In this document: piece by piece, positions 37,816-51,462 of the stretch
Position numbering within the stretch: the stretch's first letter is position 1
Layout: every line of letters starts with the position of its first letter
From: Hypanus sabinus
Taxonomy: Eukaryota
Length of the DNA: 64,000 bases
Assembly: GCF_030144855.1 (NCBI RefSeq)
Contig: NC_082706.1
Coordinates: forward strand, 15,562,001-15,626,000
Direction of reading: 5' to 3'
The notes under the pieces: generated by a model
Told to the model about the DNA's origin: nothing
What the model saw: the letters and a program-made list of their open reading frames with translations, nothing else
The model's database searches: none
Translations under genes and position numbers: made by a program

Positions 37816-38761
37816 CTCTTGATTTCATAAGATAGCTATCTAAGCCTCCTACAATTTTCTCTTTTGCTAAGACTGGCCCTGGTCCTGCTATAATAAAAGC
37901 AGTTCACAATTCTTTTTATTCCATTATTTTATTTAGCAACAGCTATCATTTTAAATTAGAAGTGACCAACAGAAAAGACCTCCTTCTGAAAGAGCAGTGG
38001 AATATTTAAAGGCACTGCGCAGATAGCCTTCTTTCTAACAGGTCCTGCCCCTTTAAAGACAGAAGCCCACATGTGACAAAAAGGGTCTCTTTATTCCCAG
38101 ATCCTGGCAGTTCCCATTGCTGTGATTCCAAATATATATCATTACCACATGGCTTTATCCATGTTTCTGGAATTTAGTCTCAGAGGGAAATTTAAATTGC
38201 AAGTGACGCCATAAAGTAAACATGATTTAACTGGAGATCAAATTTTATTTTTAAATCACAACTGGAGTGATTTTGAGATTTTGTAGACGGAACTAAAAAT
38301 AAAGCGGACTTGAGTAACCTTCGGACACTGCAGTTGACCCAACTGCTGCCTTCCTATTCCTGATTAACACCCACTGGTCGCTGGCGTTTGTGTCTCCTGA
38401 AGATAGATGGAATGGCTTATCACGTTCTCCCACAGCAAATGGTCTGCAAACTTTCAGAGCCCAGGACTCGGATGGGCATCCATCATATTCCCTGGCAGTG
38501 CACTCCAGGCAACTGAGTAAAACAAAACGTGCTCTGCCACCTCCTTTGCAATTACCCCTCACATCTGTAACATTGAAACAGCGACTGCTTGTCTTCCCCT
38601 TCACCGTGCCAGGAGTGATAACTGCTTCTCCCTTGCTAGTGAGAGAGAGGGCCTGTGTGATATTGAAATGCTGCAGTGAACAGTTAGTTTTTGAAGTACT
38701 GTACATGATGGTCTCTCTTTGGGGGGGCTTACTGCTGCTTGCATGGTGGGTGGTGGGAATG

Positions 38762-39337
38762 AAACACAGAAACACAGAAAACCCACAGCACAATACAGGC
38801 CCTTCAGCCCACAAAGTTGCGCCGAACATGCCCCTACCTTAGAAATTACTCGGGTTACCCATAGCCCTCTATTTTTCTAAGCTCCAAGTACCTGCCCCAA
38901 GAGTCTCTTAAAAGACCCTATCATATCCGACTCCACCACCGTCACCGGCAGCCCATTCCACGCACTCACCACTCTCTACATAAAAAACTTACCCCTGACA
39001 TCTCCTCTGTACCTACTTCCAAGCACCTTAAAACTGTGCCCTCTCGGGCTAGCCATTTCAGCCCTGGGAAAAAGCTTCTGACTATCCACACGATCAATGC
39101 CTCTCATCATCTTGTACACCTCTATCAGGTCACCTCTCATCCTCCATTGCTCCAAGGAAAAAAGGCCGAGTTCACTCAACCTATTTTCAAAAGGCATGCT
39201 CCCCAATCCAGGCAACATCTTTGTAAATCCCCTCCGCACCCTTTCTATGGTTTCCACATCCTTCCTGTAGTGAGGCAACCAGAACCGAGAACAGTACGTC
39301 AAGTGGGGTCTGACCAGGGTCCTATATAGCTGCAACC
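38762..39337 (-). mobile_element. CR1 LINE 3' fragment
   Basis: ORF 38976..39335 LYRTLVRPHLTYC... Confidence 0.92.
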
Positions 39338-39892
39338 TTATAGCTGATGCTTTATGCTAGAACAGGCGGGGGGGGAGGGGGGGAAGGGAGGGTTGATGCT
39401 ACTTATGCGTGGAAGGGGAGAAAGGGGCCCTGGGGTTCTTAACATTTTTTTTGTTCTGTCTTTCATTCTTTGGGATTTTTTCTTCTGTTTCAAGGATGTC
39501 TGCAGAGAGTAAGAATTTCAGGTTGTACATATATTTTATACAATCTCTGATATTAAATGGAACCATCAAAACACTATGTACTCTTAGGTATTTTAACTCT
39601 GGAATAAAGATAATATCTATCTATGCCACCTATAAAATAATAAACTTCTATCAGTTCTCCCCTCAGCCTCTACCAGTCCAGAGAAAACAACTCTGGTTTG
39701 TCCAATCTCTCCGTATTGCATGCCCTCCAATCCAGGGAGTTTCCTGGAAAACCTCCTGTTGCCCTGCTTCTGGGATCCACCAATAATTAATGTTAATCCT
39801 GAGAGTTCTGTGTGAGGCTAAATACAGGCTCAGGCCAGATGTAGAGCTAGGCTGCTGGAGCCAGACCTTTCTCACTCGGTTCAAATTGTTCA

Positions 39893-40260
39893 CTCATTAT
39901 GCGCCGCGTCGTATGACGTGGGCAATCATGGTCTTTCCGTGGCCATGATTGTTCTTAGCAAATCTTTCTGCAGAAGTGCTTTGCCATTGCCTTACAGAGG
40001 GGTGACCCCAAAAGGCCCCTTCTCAATTCTCTTGAGGTGTTGTCAATACTCTTCAGAGATTGTCTGCCTGGCATCAGAGGTCGCATAACCAGGACTTGTG
40101 ATATTGCACCAGCTGCTCATACGACCACCCACCACATCTTCCCAATGGCTTCACGTGACCCTGATCAGGTGCCACACCTTGCCCAAGGGCGACCTGCAAG
40201 CTAGTGGAGGGAAGGAGCACCTTACATCTCCTTTGGCAGGGATGTATCTCCACCCCACCA
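39893..40260 (-). mobile_element. SINE-like element with RTE/BovB-type motif
   Basis: Reverse copy of the 8043-8409 family. Confidence 0.75.
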
Positions 40261-40294
40261 CCTATAGGTTCATATACAGAATCCAATTGGGATC

Positions 40295-40798
40295 AACACA
40301 TACAAAACACTGGAGGAACTCAGCAAGTCAGGCAGCATCAATAGAAAGGAATAAACTGGTGACATTTTGGGCCCAGACCCTTCCTCAGGAGTGGAATGGA
40401 AGGGGAAGAAGTCAGACTAAGAAGTTGAGGGGAGGGGGAAGGAATACAAGCGAGGTGATAGGTGAAGCCAGGTGGGTGGGGGAGGAGGATGAAGTAAGAA
40501 GCTGGGAGGTGATAGGTGGAAAAGGTAAAGGGCTGAAGAAGAAGGAATCTGATAGGAGAGTGGACCACAGGAGAAAGGGGAGGAGGAGGGGCCATGGGGG
40601 GGAGGTGATAGGCAGATGAAGTGAAGAGAAGAGATAGGAGGGAAGCCAGAGTGGAGAACTGAAGAAGAGGGAAGGGGGAGTTGGGGGAAAATTGCCAGAA
40701 GTTGGAGAAATCAATGTTCATGCCATCTGGTTGGAGGCTACCCATATGGAGTATGAGGTGGCCTTACCATGGCAGTAGAAGTGGCCATGGACTGGCCT
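40295..40798 (-). mobile_element. Penelope-like element 3' part with inactivated hammerhead
   Basis: MGSLQPDGMNIDFSNFWQ; CTGAGGA-AGGGTCTGGGCCC-AAAAT-GTC. Confidence 0.82.
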
Positions 40799-41337
40799 AC
40801 CCAATTAGGAGGTTTTCCAGGACACTGCCTAGATCGGAAGGTATGCAACTCCAGAGCAACACAGCACTACAGAGCTGACACTTCCCTCAGGAATATCACA
40901 GGGTGGGGACAGGAAGCAGGAAATAGCATGGTGGCTGAGCAAAGAGTACACTCAGCCAAGACCCAATGGGTAGCCCCCCCCCCCCCCCCGTTGGGGAAGC
41001 ATCAGAGAGAGGATGATGAATCCACACCCATCCGACCCTCGAGCCAACCCAAGCACCCCCAACACTGACCTCATGGGCCTGAGGAGATCCAAAGCCCTCT
41101 TATGGCACTGAAATCCAGCCTACTCCATCACAGCACAGCCCTCCCCACCAACGAGGACATGGTCAAGAGGTGATGCCTCAAAAAAGTAGCACCCATCATG
41201 AGCAACCTTCACCATGCTGGACAAGATTGTTTAATGTCACCAGTGTAAAGGAGAATTGTTTCTTCAGATCCAATGCAGCACAAAAAAGCACACTAGGATA
41301 AAGAATATAGTAATTTTAAAAATTGTTATCAAAGAAT

Positions 41338-41698
41338 TAGAGGTGACTTGATAGAGTTGTATAAGATGATGAGCGGATTTGATTGTGTGGCTTTGTCCCA
41401 GGGCTGCAACTGTTAACACAAGGGGGCATAGTTTTAAGGTACTTGGAAATAGATACCAAGGAGATGTCGCAGGTAAGTTTTTCACACAGAGAGTGGTGGG
41501 TACGTGGAATGCACTGCCAGTGACCATGGTCGTAGATACAATAGGGTCTTTTAAAAGATTCTTAAATAGGTACATGGAACTTAGAAAAATAGAGGGTTAT
41601 CGGTAGGTAATTCTAGGCAGTTTCAAGAGCAGGTTACATGCTCGGCCTTATATTGTGGGCTGAAGGGCTTGTAAATGTGCTCTAGATTTCTATGTTCT
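41338..41698 (+). mobile_element. CR1 LINE 3' fragment
   Basis: TRGHSFKVLG...FFTQRVVGTWNALP. Confidence 0.87.
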
Positions 41699-43721
41699 AA
41701 AAACACAATAAATATGAATGTGTAAGATAGCTTATATTCATAGATTGACTGTATGCCCATTAAGTTTGTACATGGAGTGGTGACTGACAGGAAATGATGA
41801 AGTAGTGGTGGAGGGGGTGGGTCAGTGGGTGGAGGTGTTGATCAGCCTTACTGCTTGGGGAAAGTAACTGTGTTCGAGTCTAGTGTTCCTGGCGTGTATG
41901 CAACGGAGCCCCTTCCCTGATGGGAGTGGGACAAACAGTCCAGGAGCAGGCTCTCCTCTCCTGACTACCATCACAGTGGAGATAGAGGAGTCTGAAGACC
42001 CACACTTTTTCTGAGCAATCCACGACCACTACCTTATTACACTGCACTTTACCTGTAGCCATTACACTTTATTCTGCATTCTGTTATTGTTTTCCTTTGT
42101 ACAACCTCAATGCACTATTTTTAATGAACTGATCTGCATGAACAATATGCGAGACATGCTTTGCACTCTACCTCAGTACATGTGACAATAAACCAATTCC
42201 AATTCTGTTTCTTTGCACCAATTATTTGCTTCTGGCCTTTATAATCATCTTATGTCTCTGCACTGTATGTACTGCTCCCGCAAAACAACAAATTTCACGT
42301 CACTTGTGTCAGTGATAACAAATCTGATCCTAATCCCTTAGAATGAAGAGGAATGCAATCATGGGAGGTGCCACATTCCACAGAGAGTGTAATTCTATCC
42401 AGGAAAAGAACATTAAAAATCTGATTGTTGACTACAGCTGAATATACTCTCTAAATGAGGTGTTTCCGCCTGATTTGAATTGAAACCTCCTTAAAAATGC
42501 AGTTTAGTCTATTAGAAGTCTGATATTGATGAGCCAGTACTGGGTTTAGTTCTACCTAGCATCTACATCTGTCTTTCATTGAGCTAATATTGGTGGCAAG
42601 TATTTCCTCTCGCTCAGCGAGTCTGAAACCCTATCTATTCTTATCGCTGACACCTCTCAGCAGTTCGGATAGTTACCCCCGCCAGGTCCCCATTTCCTGG
42701 TGTTGCCTCTGCTGTGTTGTACTGGATCCTCCCCTGCATGGAGCACATTGCAGAACAGTTTCTTTCAATTCCGGCTCCCCACAGAGGAATCTTGGAATCC
42801 AACACCTAGTTACAAGCCAGTGGTTTGCAATTGTTTGTGTTCCGTAACAACTGTTGCCAACAGAGGCTGCTTTCCTCCGTCAGCTTCTAAGTAGAGAAGA
42901 GATTGTTTAACACCAGCTAGCCCATTAATTTTGTCCTCTGCTGCTGCACTGAATCACCAGACTTCATCGTCACTTGCATGGAGATTTTAAAACTTGAAAT
43001 AATCCAGACTTGAGTTTAACAGTCAGGAAGATCCCAACCAAGTTTGAATCCAAAATTAAAAGCGTTCCTGCCTCCCCTTTGAACCCCCAACTAGGCCTGC
43101 TTTTAGCTCCTCACCCTGATTAATAAGCGTTGGCCTCACTGGATTGTTCGAAGGTTTACTAGTATCATTCCCAATGATTTTTGGCCGTGGTTACAGAAGT
43201 GGTAGCTCGTTACACTGTGCTTCTTTCAATAAATGCCTTAAGATTTTCTTCCCTCATGCACAGTCTGGGTGGCATGATGACACAGAGCCACTACCTCACA
43301 GGACCAGAGACAGAGAGGCTGGTTCAATCCTGAGTTCGGGCACTTTCTGCGTGCAGCTTGCGAGTTCACACTGTGACCTCACAGACTCACCCATGATGCT
43401 CCGGTTACCGAAGTCCTGCTGGTTAGTAGGTTAACCATCCGCAATAAATTGCTCCTGTTGTGGACGAGAGTGGGTGAGAGTGCGGGAAAATGTTTCTAAA
43501 AATTGAGATTAATGTTGGATTATTAAATGGCTGGTCGACGGGCAGAACGGGTTTGATGGGCTGAGGGGCCTGTTTCTGTACCATATCATCTGGCAGCTGT
43601 TCAAGCAACAGATTACACCACCAGGGCTCAATTTCCGCCATATTCTGTAACGCGTTTATATGTTCTCCACAGACAATATGGGTTGCCTCCGGGTGCTCCA
43701 GTTCCAGAGAGATGCAGTTAT

Positions 43722-43995
43722 TTATTTTTATTTATTTATTGAGATACAGTGCGGAATAGGCCCTTCCAGCCACGCCACCCAGCAATCCCCCGATTTAACC
43801 CCAGCCTAATCACAGGACAATTTACAATGACCAATTACCCCACCAACCGGTAGGTCATTGGACTGTGGTAGAAATCCGCAGCACTCAGTGGAATTCCATG
43901 CGGTCATGAGGAGAATGTACCAACACTTGTTCGGAAGTGGCGGGGATTGCCAGTACTGTAACGCGTTGTGCTAACCACCACACTATCGAGCGGCC
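43722..43995 (-). mobile_element. HE1/V-SINE-like SINE
   Basis: Reversed tail TTTATTGAGATACAGTGCGGAATAGG. Confidence 0.78.
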
Positions 43996-45902
43996 CCACA
44001 TTGCGGTTAGGGTGAGTAAGTTGTGGTGGTTTTTGTGACGTAACTTGGGGGCTGCCCCCAACACATCTTTGGATTGCTGACACAAGTGACGTATGCCACT
44101 TCAAGTTCCGATGTTTCCATCTACGGATGGCAAGTTAAGCTGATCTTTATCTCTGCTTCCATCTACTCTCCCGTACTGTGACCACCGGGCACCTAGCCCT
44201 ATTCTCACAGTTGCACAGCAGTTAATCCAACTCACACAGTGCTCCCATCAATCCCGTTCCCACTTCCCTGCAACCCGCCACCTTCTCTCTTGCGCAGATA
44301 CACCTCTTACTCTTTTCCCGTTAACTTTGCACCAAGGGGTAACTTGGGAGCAGCCAATCAACACGGGGTCAAACTTTGGGAATACTGAAATGAAACACAG
44401 CAGAGCCCTTGTGCACAGCAAGATCCCACAAGAGCCACATGACCTTTTAGGGACGGCACTAAAGGTTAAGATTGCACCGTCGACACCACTTATTCTGTTT
44501 TATCATGTCTAATCCCACCTCTTCAAAGGTTCATTCTATTGTCAAAGTACACATGCACAATACAACTCTGATATTCGTCTTCTCCAGATAGTCATGAAAT
44601 GTAGAAAGACTGTGGGCGTTGCTGAAATAAAATACGTCAACTAATCCCCACCTCCCCCACCCAGCATGAAAATGAAAAAGAAACAAAACTCGCAAACGCC
44701 AAGACCCCCCAACCCCTCCGTCACAGTAAAAACAGCAACAGCAGCATCTAACCTCCAACCTCCTCCCTTGCAGAAAAGAACAGCGACAATAGAATCGAAA
44801 TCTCCCAACTCTCTTTCTCACACACGAAAAATTAACAGGTCACGCAGCCGCCAATCGGCCACAAGAAAGAAAGCACTGGAAAACTGAAGGAGACCAATAT
44901 AAAAACCACTTTACTGCTTAATCAACACTCCCCACACATCCTCTGATTCCCCCTTATCCAAAATTCCATTTCTCCTAGACTACACACAACAAATGAACAT
45001 CCATAAAGAGAAGAAATCTCTTTTACTGTCTGCCTCAATGGCCAACATTTACCTTGAGAAATTGTTTGCATTAAAACGAGGTACATCATCTCAAAACATT
45101 TTCTCCCAGGTAGACTTTGTGTGTTCATTTACTTCTGTCTTTAGAATGGGACCACTGCATTTAGGCTTAGCCTTCTGGTGGAGTTTGTGAATATGCATTA
45201 GACTGAGGCGCAGGTGAAGAACAGGCAGGACGTCAAAGGACTTGGTCCTAATGCGAGCAAATAGGCGAGTGTGGATGGCCAAAAGGGTTGGTGTGGATGT
45301 GATGGACCGAGAGGACCCATTTCTTTGCTCTACATGTCCAGCTGCAATAGTGAACTCTTGAGGACGAAGGAAGGGGGCCATGTGGTCCAATTCATCTAAG
45401 TTTCAAATCAATCTCTCTTCATCCCCAGAATTAGTTCTCTCGCCAGCCAACAGGCCCCTGAACCAGGATGGATAACTTCACTCACTACAACTCTGAAATA
45501 ATTCTGCAACCTGCAGACTCCCTTTCAAGGACTCTACAACTCATGTTCTCATCATTAACTTTTTTATTTGCACAATTTGTCTTTTTTTTAAAACATTGGT
45601 CAATTGTTTATGTATGGTGTTTTCATAAATCCTACTGTTTCTTTATTCTCCTGTAAATGCCTGCAAGGAAATGAATCTCAAGGTGGTAAATGGAGACATG
45701 TACATAGCTTGGTAATAAATTTACTTTGAACTTTGAGCCACAATCTTGACACTTAAGTCTATGGAGGGAGAACACCAGGTGGGACCTAGAGCAGCTAAAG
45801 AAAGAATCAAACTGGGAAGGCTCACAACTCAAATTCAAAATCTCCACACAATTATCAACCTACAGGTCTGCACACTGAGGCTTGACCCTCCTTCTGAGCT
45901 AT

Positions 45903-46350
45903 TCAAAGTAAATTCTTTATCAAAGTACGTGTATGTTACCTAAGATTCATTTTCTTGCAGGCATTCACAGTAAGTACAATAGAATCAACGAAATACTATA
46001 GACAAAGACTGATAAACCAGCAATGTGCAAAAGACAAAATGCAACTACAAAAGATAGACAGACAGACAGAGAGCTAGATAATACTGAGAACATGAGTTGT
46101 AAGGCCCCTGGAAGTGAGTCAATAGCCTGTAGAATCAGCTCAGTGTTGAGGTCAGTGAAATTATCCACGCTGGTACAGGAGCCTGATAGTTGAAGGGTAA
46201 TACCTGTTCCTTAGCCTGTTGGTGTGGGATGAGGCTTCTGTATCTCCTTCCGAATGGCAGCAGTGAGATGAGAGCATGGCCTGGATGGTGGTGGTCCTTG
46301 ACAATGGATGCTGTTTCCTTGTGGTAGCGCTGCTTATAGATGTGCTCAAT
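45903..46350 (-). mobile_element. Rex1/Babar-type LINE 3' fragment
   Basis: RLRNRYYPSTIRLL and family tail. Confidence 0.75.
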
Positions 46351-46604
46351 GTACTCACCAGCTGAGTTCCTACAATGAATTGTTTTTGGCTCAGTCCTTC
46401 ATCAGACTACCCAGAACAGATGGAGTGTCTGAGTGATTCTCATGAGTTAAGCAACAAACACAGGAGAAGGCTCGAATTTTAGACTTTTGGAAATAAATTC
46501 AGATCTCCAATTTCAGTAGTTCATTTCTTAAATTTGACAACATGTCTGGAGGAAGAGTCACAGACGAAAGTGCTCTGATTTCTTAAACAGCAGTATCATT
46601 TTAG

Positions 46605-47005
46605 TCATAAAGTCAGAGAAAAGTAAAGCACAGAAACAGGCCCTTTGGCCCATCTAGTCCATGCTGAATCACAAACTCCCTACTCCATGGGACCACTCAT
46701 GTACCTAATCAAATTTCTCTTAAACGTTGAAATCAAGCTTACATGCACTACTTACACTGGCAGCTCATTCCACATTCTCGCCACCCACTGAGTGAAGAAG
46801 CTTCGCCCCATGTTCGCCTTAAACTTTTCACCTTTCACCCATAATCTATACCTCTGATTGTAGTCTCTCCCAACCTCAGTGGAAAAAGCTCACTTGCAAT
46901 TACCCTGTCTATATCCTTCATAATTTTGTAAATCTCTATCAAATCTCCCCTCAATCTTCTACGTTCCAAGGAATAAAGTCCTAACCTATTCAATTTTTCC
47001 TTATA
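46605..47005 (-). mobile_element. CR1 LINE 3' fragment
   Basis: Same subfamily as 906-1240. Confidence 0.85.
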
Positions 47006-48809
47006 AAGATTTCCATTTTAGGAGGTAAGATAGCAATTAATTTAGTTTGTTTTATTGTTTAATGTTTTTAGTTTTACAGTAACTTTAAATTATTTATTCC
47101 TTTTTTAAATATTCAGTTTATTTTTGCTTTGTTTAAATTTTTTTATTATGTTCTTTTAATAGCTCAGAGAAGTATGGGTAACTGCATGGATGAGAGGGGT
47201 ATGGTGGCCTATGATCTATCTGCAGGTTGATGGGACTAGGCAGGTTATCAGTTTGGCATGGGTTTGAGGGGCGATGAACCCATCTGACTTCTGTGCTGAA
47301 ATCCACCAAATTTTAAACACATCTCCATCCACGGGCAAGTGAAGTGGAGTCTCTGAAGAAGGAAAGGATTTACTTTTTAAATAGACGCGTGCTCCTCTGT
47401 CAATTCAGAGGTTCCCAACACTTTGTACCATTGGGTCTTACCATTAACCGAGGGGTCCACATGGACCCCTGGTCTAATGCATATTTACAAACCCCAAATG
47501 TAGTGGTCCCACTCTAAAGGCAAATGTAAATGAACACACAAACTCTGCTTGGAACAAAAGGTCAAAGTACTGAGATGAAGAAACCTCATTTCATTGCAAG
47601 CAATGTCTCGGGCTAAACGTGAGCTGTTGAAGACAGACACTAAAAGAGATGTCTTTCTTTCTGGACCCTCAGTTGTGGTGCATAGTCTAAGATTAATGGA
47701 ATTTTGGAACATGGGGAACCGCAGGATGAGAGGTTGGGTGTTCAAGCAGTAAAGTGGATTGAAGAAGTGGGATGAGATATGATTAAACTGAACGGCAGAG
47801 CAGGCTTGCAGAGCTGAGTAGACAACACCTGTTTCTGCTTCTTGCATTCTCCTCCATCTTCCCTAGTCCAGCCTGTAATCTCATCCAGGAACAGAAACCT
47901 TGTTTCAGTGAGCTGAACCCTCCAGTGAGCTCTCACTGAAAAACAGGATCTGGGCCCATTGGACGAGAGCCATCATCCCTTCACTCCTCAGCTTTCTGGA
48001 TGAATCTCCAAGGAATGGAAAATCCATTATAAACCATTCCAAAGTTATTGCAAACATATCGCACACCTTCCATCCTGAACTGCAGCATGTTTTCAAATCT
48101 CGGTGAGCACGAGACACGTCAAGTTACAGATTCAACAAGAAACAGCACGGTCCGCGTAAATCTATTTCAGTACCAGTTGTAAGATTGGGGTTTGATTCGC
48201 ACAGGTTTCCTAATTGCTTGCTCTACCTGCAAATTAACTTAAAGAGCAAAGAGGAAGATTCGCTTTGTGTGTCATATGCACTTCGAAACACAGTGAAATG
48301 CATCATTTCTGTTAAATCACATCAGCGAGGATTCTGCTGTGGTGAACCTGCAAGTGTCGACACATTTTCAGTGCCACCATAACACGTGCACAGCTCACTA
48401 ACCCTAACCGTACATCTCTGCATTTCTCTTTTCGACTGTGAATGCCAACAAGAAGATGAATCTCAAGGTAGCATTTGGTGACATATTCATATTTAGATAA
48501 TACTTTGAATCTAGGACAGTTGAAAAGAATGTAGGGAGAACAAAATGGGCCTGGGTCCTGGAAGAACAGCACAGACTCAATGGGCTGAAGGGCCTGTATC
48601 TAAGCTGTATGACTCAGTGATGCTATGGCATACTGGCCTCCATTGCAGGCAGGCTGGATTCAGAAACAGTTGCTTGAATTGTACAGTGCTGGTGAGGCTG
48701 CACTGTGTACAGTTTTGGTTCCCTTGTCTATAAAAAAAAGATAGACTGATAATCAGTCTGGAAGGGATTCACCAAGTGAATTCATGAGATGAGGAGGTTG
48801 TCTATCCGT

Positions 48810-49180
48810 TCGTTCATTCATTATTTGCCATGTCTTAGGACGTGGGTGATCATGGTCTTTCAATGACCACGATTGTTCTTGGCAAACTTTTGTCTGCAGA
48901 AGTGGTTTGCCATTGCCTTCCTCTGGGCAGTGTCTTTACAAGATGGGTGACCCCAGCCATTATCAATACTCTTCAGAGATTGTCTGCCTGGTGTCAGTGG
49001 TCACATAACCAGAACTTGTGATGTGCACCAGCTTCTCATACGACCATCCACCACCTGCGCCCATGACTTTACTTGACCCTGACTGGTGGGGCTGAGCAGG
49101 TGCTATGCTTTACCCTGCAGGCTAGCAGAGGGAAAAAACACCGTACACCTCCTTTGTTACAGAGATATCTCCACCCAGCT
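48810..49180 (-). mobile_element. SINE-like element with RTE/BovB-type motif
   Basis: CAGAAGTGGTTTGCCATTGCCTTC, the reversed family motif. Confidence 0.8.
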
Positions 49181-49899
49181 ACCCAGTTGTCCAATCACCA
49201 ACTGCTAAAGAAATTGGATCTTTAAAAAAATAAGAAACACCTTTTTATTGAAATGTTTCTGCTCCTGAAAGTGACAATAGATGGTGGATGTTCAGATGTT
49301 TCCACTTGTGGGAGACACAAGGTGACATGGTTACAAGAGCGGGGGTGAGGATGGTGTTTACTTAAGTCTGAGGTGTAGGAATTTCTTCTCACAGAGGTAT
49401 GTAATAATCGGAATTCTCTGCTCTGAGGGCCTGTGGTGGCTAGGTCAGTGGAGGTACATAAGGAGGAAGTATTTAAATGACAGTGAAGGCAAACTGACAC
49501 AGAAGAGGAATTAATGTCTGGGACAGATCAGCCAAGGTCTTAATGAACGGCGCAGGGCAGCTTGGCCTTCTCCTGCACCTTTGCGGTCTTGTGGTGAGAC
49601 CACACCGCAGTACTTTCTGCATTCCTTCTGTCCCTGAGCAAAGACACACTGACCTCAAGTCAGTGAAGATCCACAAGATTCATTCGTTACGTTGTCCTTC
49701 AAGGGCAGATTAAATCACGTTGCTGAACTTCGAAGAATAAGAGTGATTCCATTGAGGCACATAGTGTTAGAACATAAAACCGAGAATGTTACTGCACAGT
49801 ACAGGCCCCTTGGGCCACCATGTTGTGTCAACCTTTTAACCTACTCAACTTTCCTCTTAAGACGTGATCTCCAATCCAGAAAGCAGAATGGTCAATTTG

Positions 49900-50130
49900 T
49901 GGTCCACTCTCTTCTTCTCCAGCCCTTGACCTTCCCCACCCAGCTGGCTTCACCTATCACCTTCCAGTTAGCCTCCTTCCCTTCTCCCCACCTTTTTATT
50001 CTGGCGTCTTCCCCCTCTTCTTTTCCAGTCCTGATGAAGGGTCTCGGCCCGAAACATCGACTGTTTTTTCATTCCCGTAGATGCTGCCTGACCTGCTGAG
50101 CTTGTCCAGCATCTTCTGTGCGTTGCCTTG
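49900..50130 (+). mobile_element. Penelope-like element 3' region
   Basis: CT-rich region, hammerhead, then GATGCTGCCTGACCTGCTGAG terminal motif. Confidence 0.82.
50026..50063 (+). ncRNA. Minimal type-I hammerhead ribozyme (best-preserved copy)
   Basis: Stem I CAGUC/GACUG, core CUGAUGA (50031-37), stem II GGGU-CUCG-GCCC, GAAA (50051-54), triplet AUC with predicted cleavage after C50058. Confidence 0.75.
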
Positions 50131-50557
50131 GCTTTTCAGCTTCCGTAGACCTTTCTTGCGTTTAAAGTTGATGATGCGCCACAGTGAGCGGTACCATGGT
50201 GTAGCAGGTAGTGCGCTGCAAGACAGCGCCAACGACCGCCAATTCCCACCACTGCCTGGAAGGAGTCTGTACGTTCTCCCCGTGACCGCCTCAGTTTTCT
50301 CCAGGTGCTCTGGTTTCCTCCCTCAGTGCAAAGAGGAGTTAGTGGGTGGTGGGCATGAAATGGCGCAGGAAGTGTGATACGACTTGATGCAAATGACGCA
50401 TTTCATTGCTAGTTTCAATGTATATGTGACCAATAAAGCTAATCTCTCTCTTTGATCTCTTTCAATCTCCTCTGCACCTTCTCTAATCTTCCTTGTGAGA
50501 AGGGTTGACAGGGTAGATGCTGAAAGACTGGAGTCATGATTTTATATGCCTCTATGA

Positions 50558-50638
50558 CAAGGGTTCCCAACCTTTATTTATGCCATAGACCCCTACCATT
50601 AACCAAGGGGTCTATTGTCCCCAGGTTGGAAAACTCTG
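50558..50638. mobile_element. hAT-type MITE with 8-bp TSD
   Basis: TIRs CAAGGGTTCCCAACC / GGTTGGAAAACTCTG; TSD CTCTATGA / TTCTATGA. Confidence 0.85.
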
Positions 50639-51147
50639 TTCTATGAGATCACCACTCAGGCTCCTTCACTATCTCCAGACAATCCAGATTCTCCTTACAA
50701 CCCAAACCCTCCAGTCCCAGCAATATTCTTCTGAAATGGTCAGGATTCAGGGAGCTTTCACCTTCTTTGAGTAAAACTGAGGGGGCCAAAACATCGAGTC
50801 CATGGTGCACACAGAGCACACCCACTTTCAGAATAGGCCAGCATCCCACTCCAGGTAACACAGAGTATCACACTGCTGCAGGTATCCTCATCCACATAAA
50901 ACCAAGGCTTGGTCTGCTCTGCTCTGAATCAAAGTGAGATAAAGGGATTCCATTGGTCGACTCTGAAGAGGTGCAGGAGGTTAGCCTTACACTACCTTCC
51001 TATCTAAACTCAACAGTAAACTCCTGATCTCATTTGCATATGAGTGGCTGTGTGCATATTCAATGTCATTCCCTCAAAGATTCAGAATTATACAGCAGGA
51101 AAGTAGCCACTTTGGCCCAACATGCCAACGATAACCCATTTGCCTGG

Positions 51148-51462
51148 GCAGGGGAGGAGAGGGGGGAGAGGAGAGGGGGGAGAGGAGAGGGGGGAGAGGA
51201 GAGGGGGGAGAGGAGAGGGGGGAGAGGAGAGGGGGGAGAGGAGAGGGGGAGGAGAGAGAGGGGAGGAGAGGGGGGGAGAGAGGGGGAGGAGAGGGGGGGA
51301 GAGAGGGGGAGGAGAGAGGGGGAGAGAGGGGGAGAGGGGGGAGAGAGGGGGGTGGAGGGGGTAGAGGGGGGGAGAGGGGGTAGAGGGGGGGAGGGGGGGA
51401 GAGGGGGGAGAGGGGGGAGAGGGGGGAGAGGGGGAGAGGTGGGGAGGAAAGAGAGGGAGAGG
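51148..51462. repeat. G/A polypurine tract
   Basis: About 310 nt almost entirely G and A (GGAGAGGGGGGAGA units). Confidence 0.95.

Noticed and set aside
47903-47941. Inverted repeat TTTCAGTGAG...CTCACTGAAA as a miRNA or terminator
   Set aside because: Too short for a pre-miRNA; compatible with chance or a local duplication
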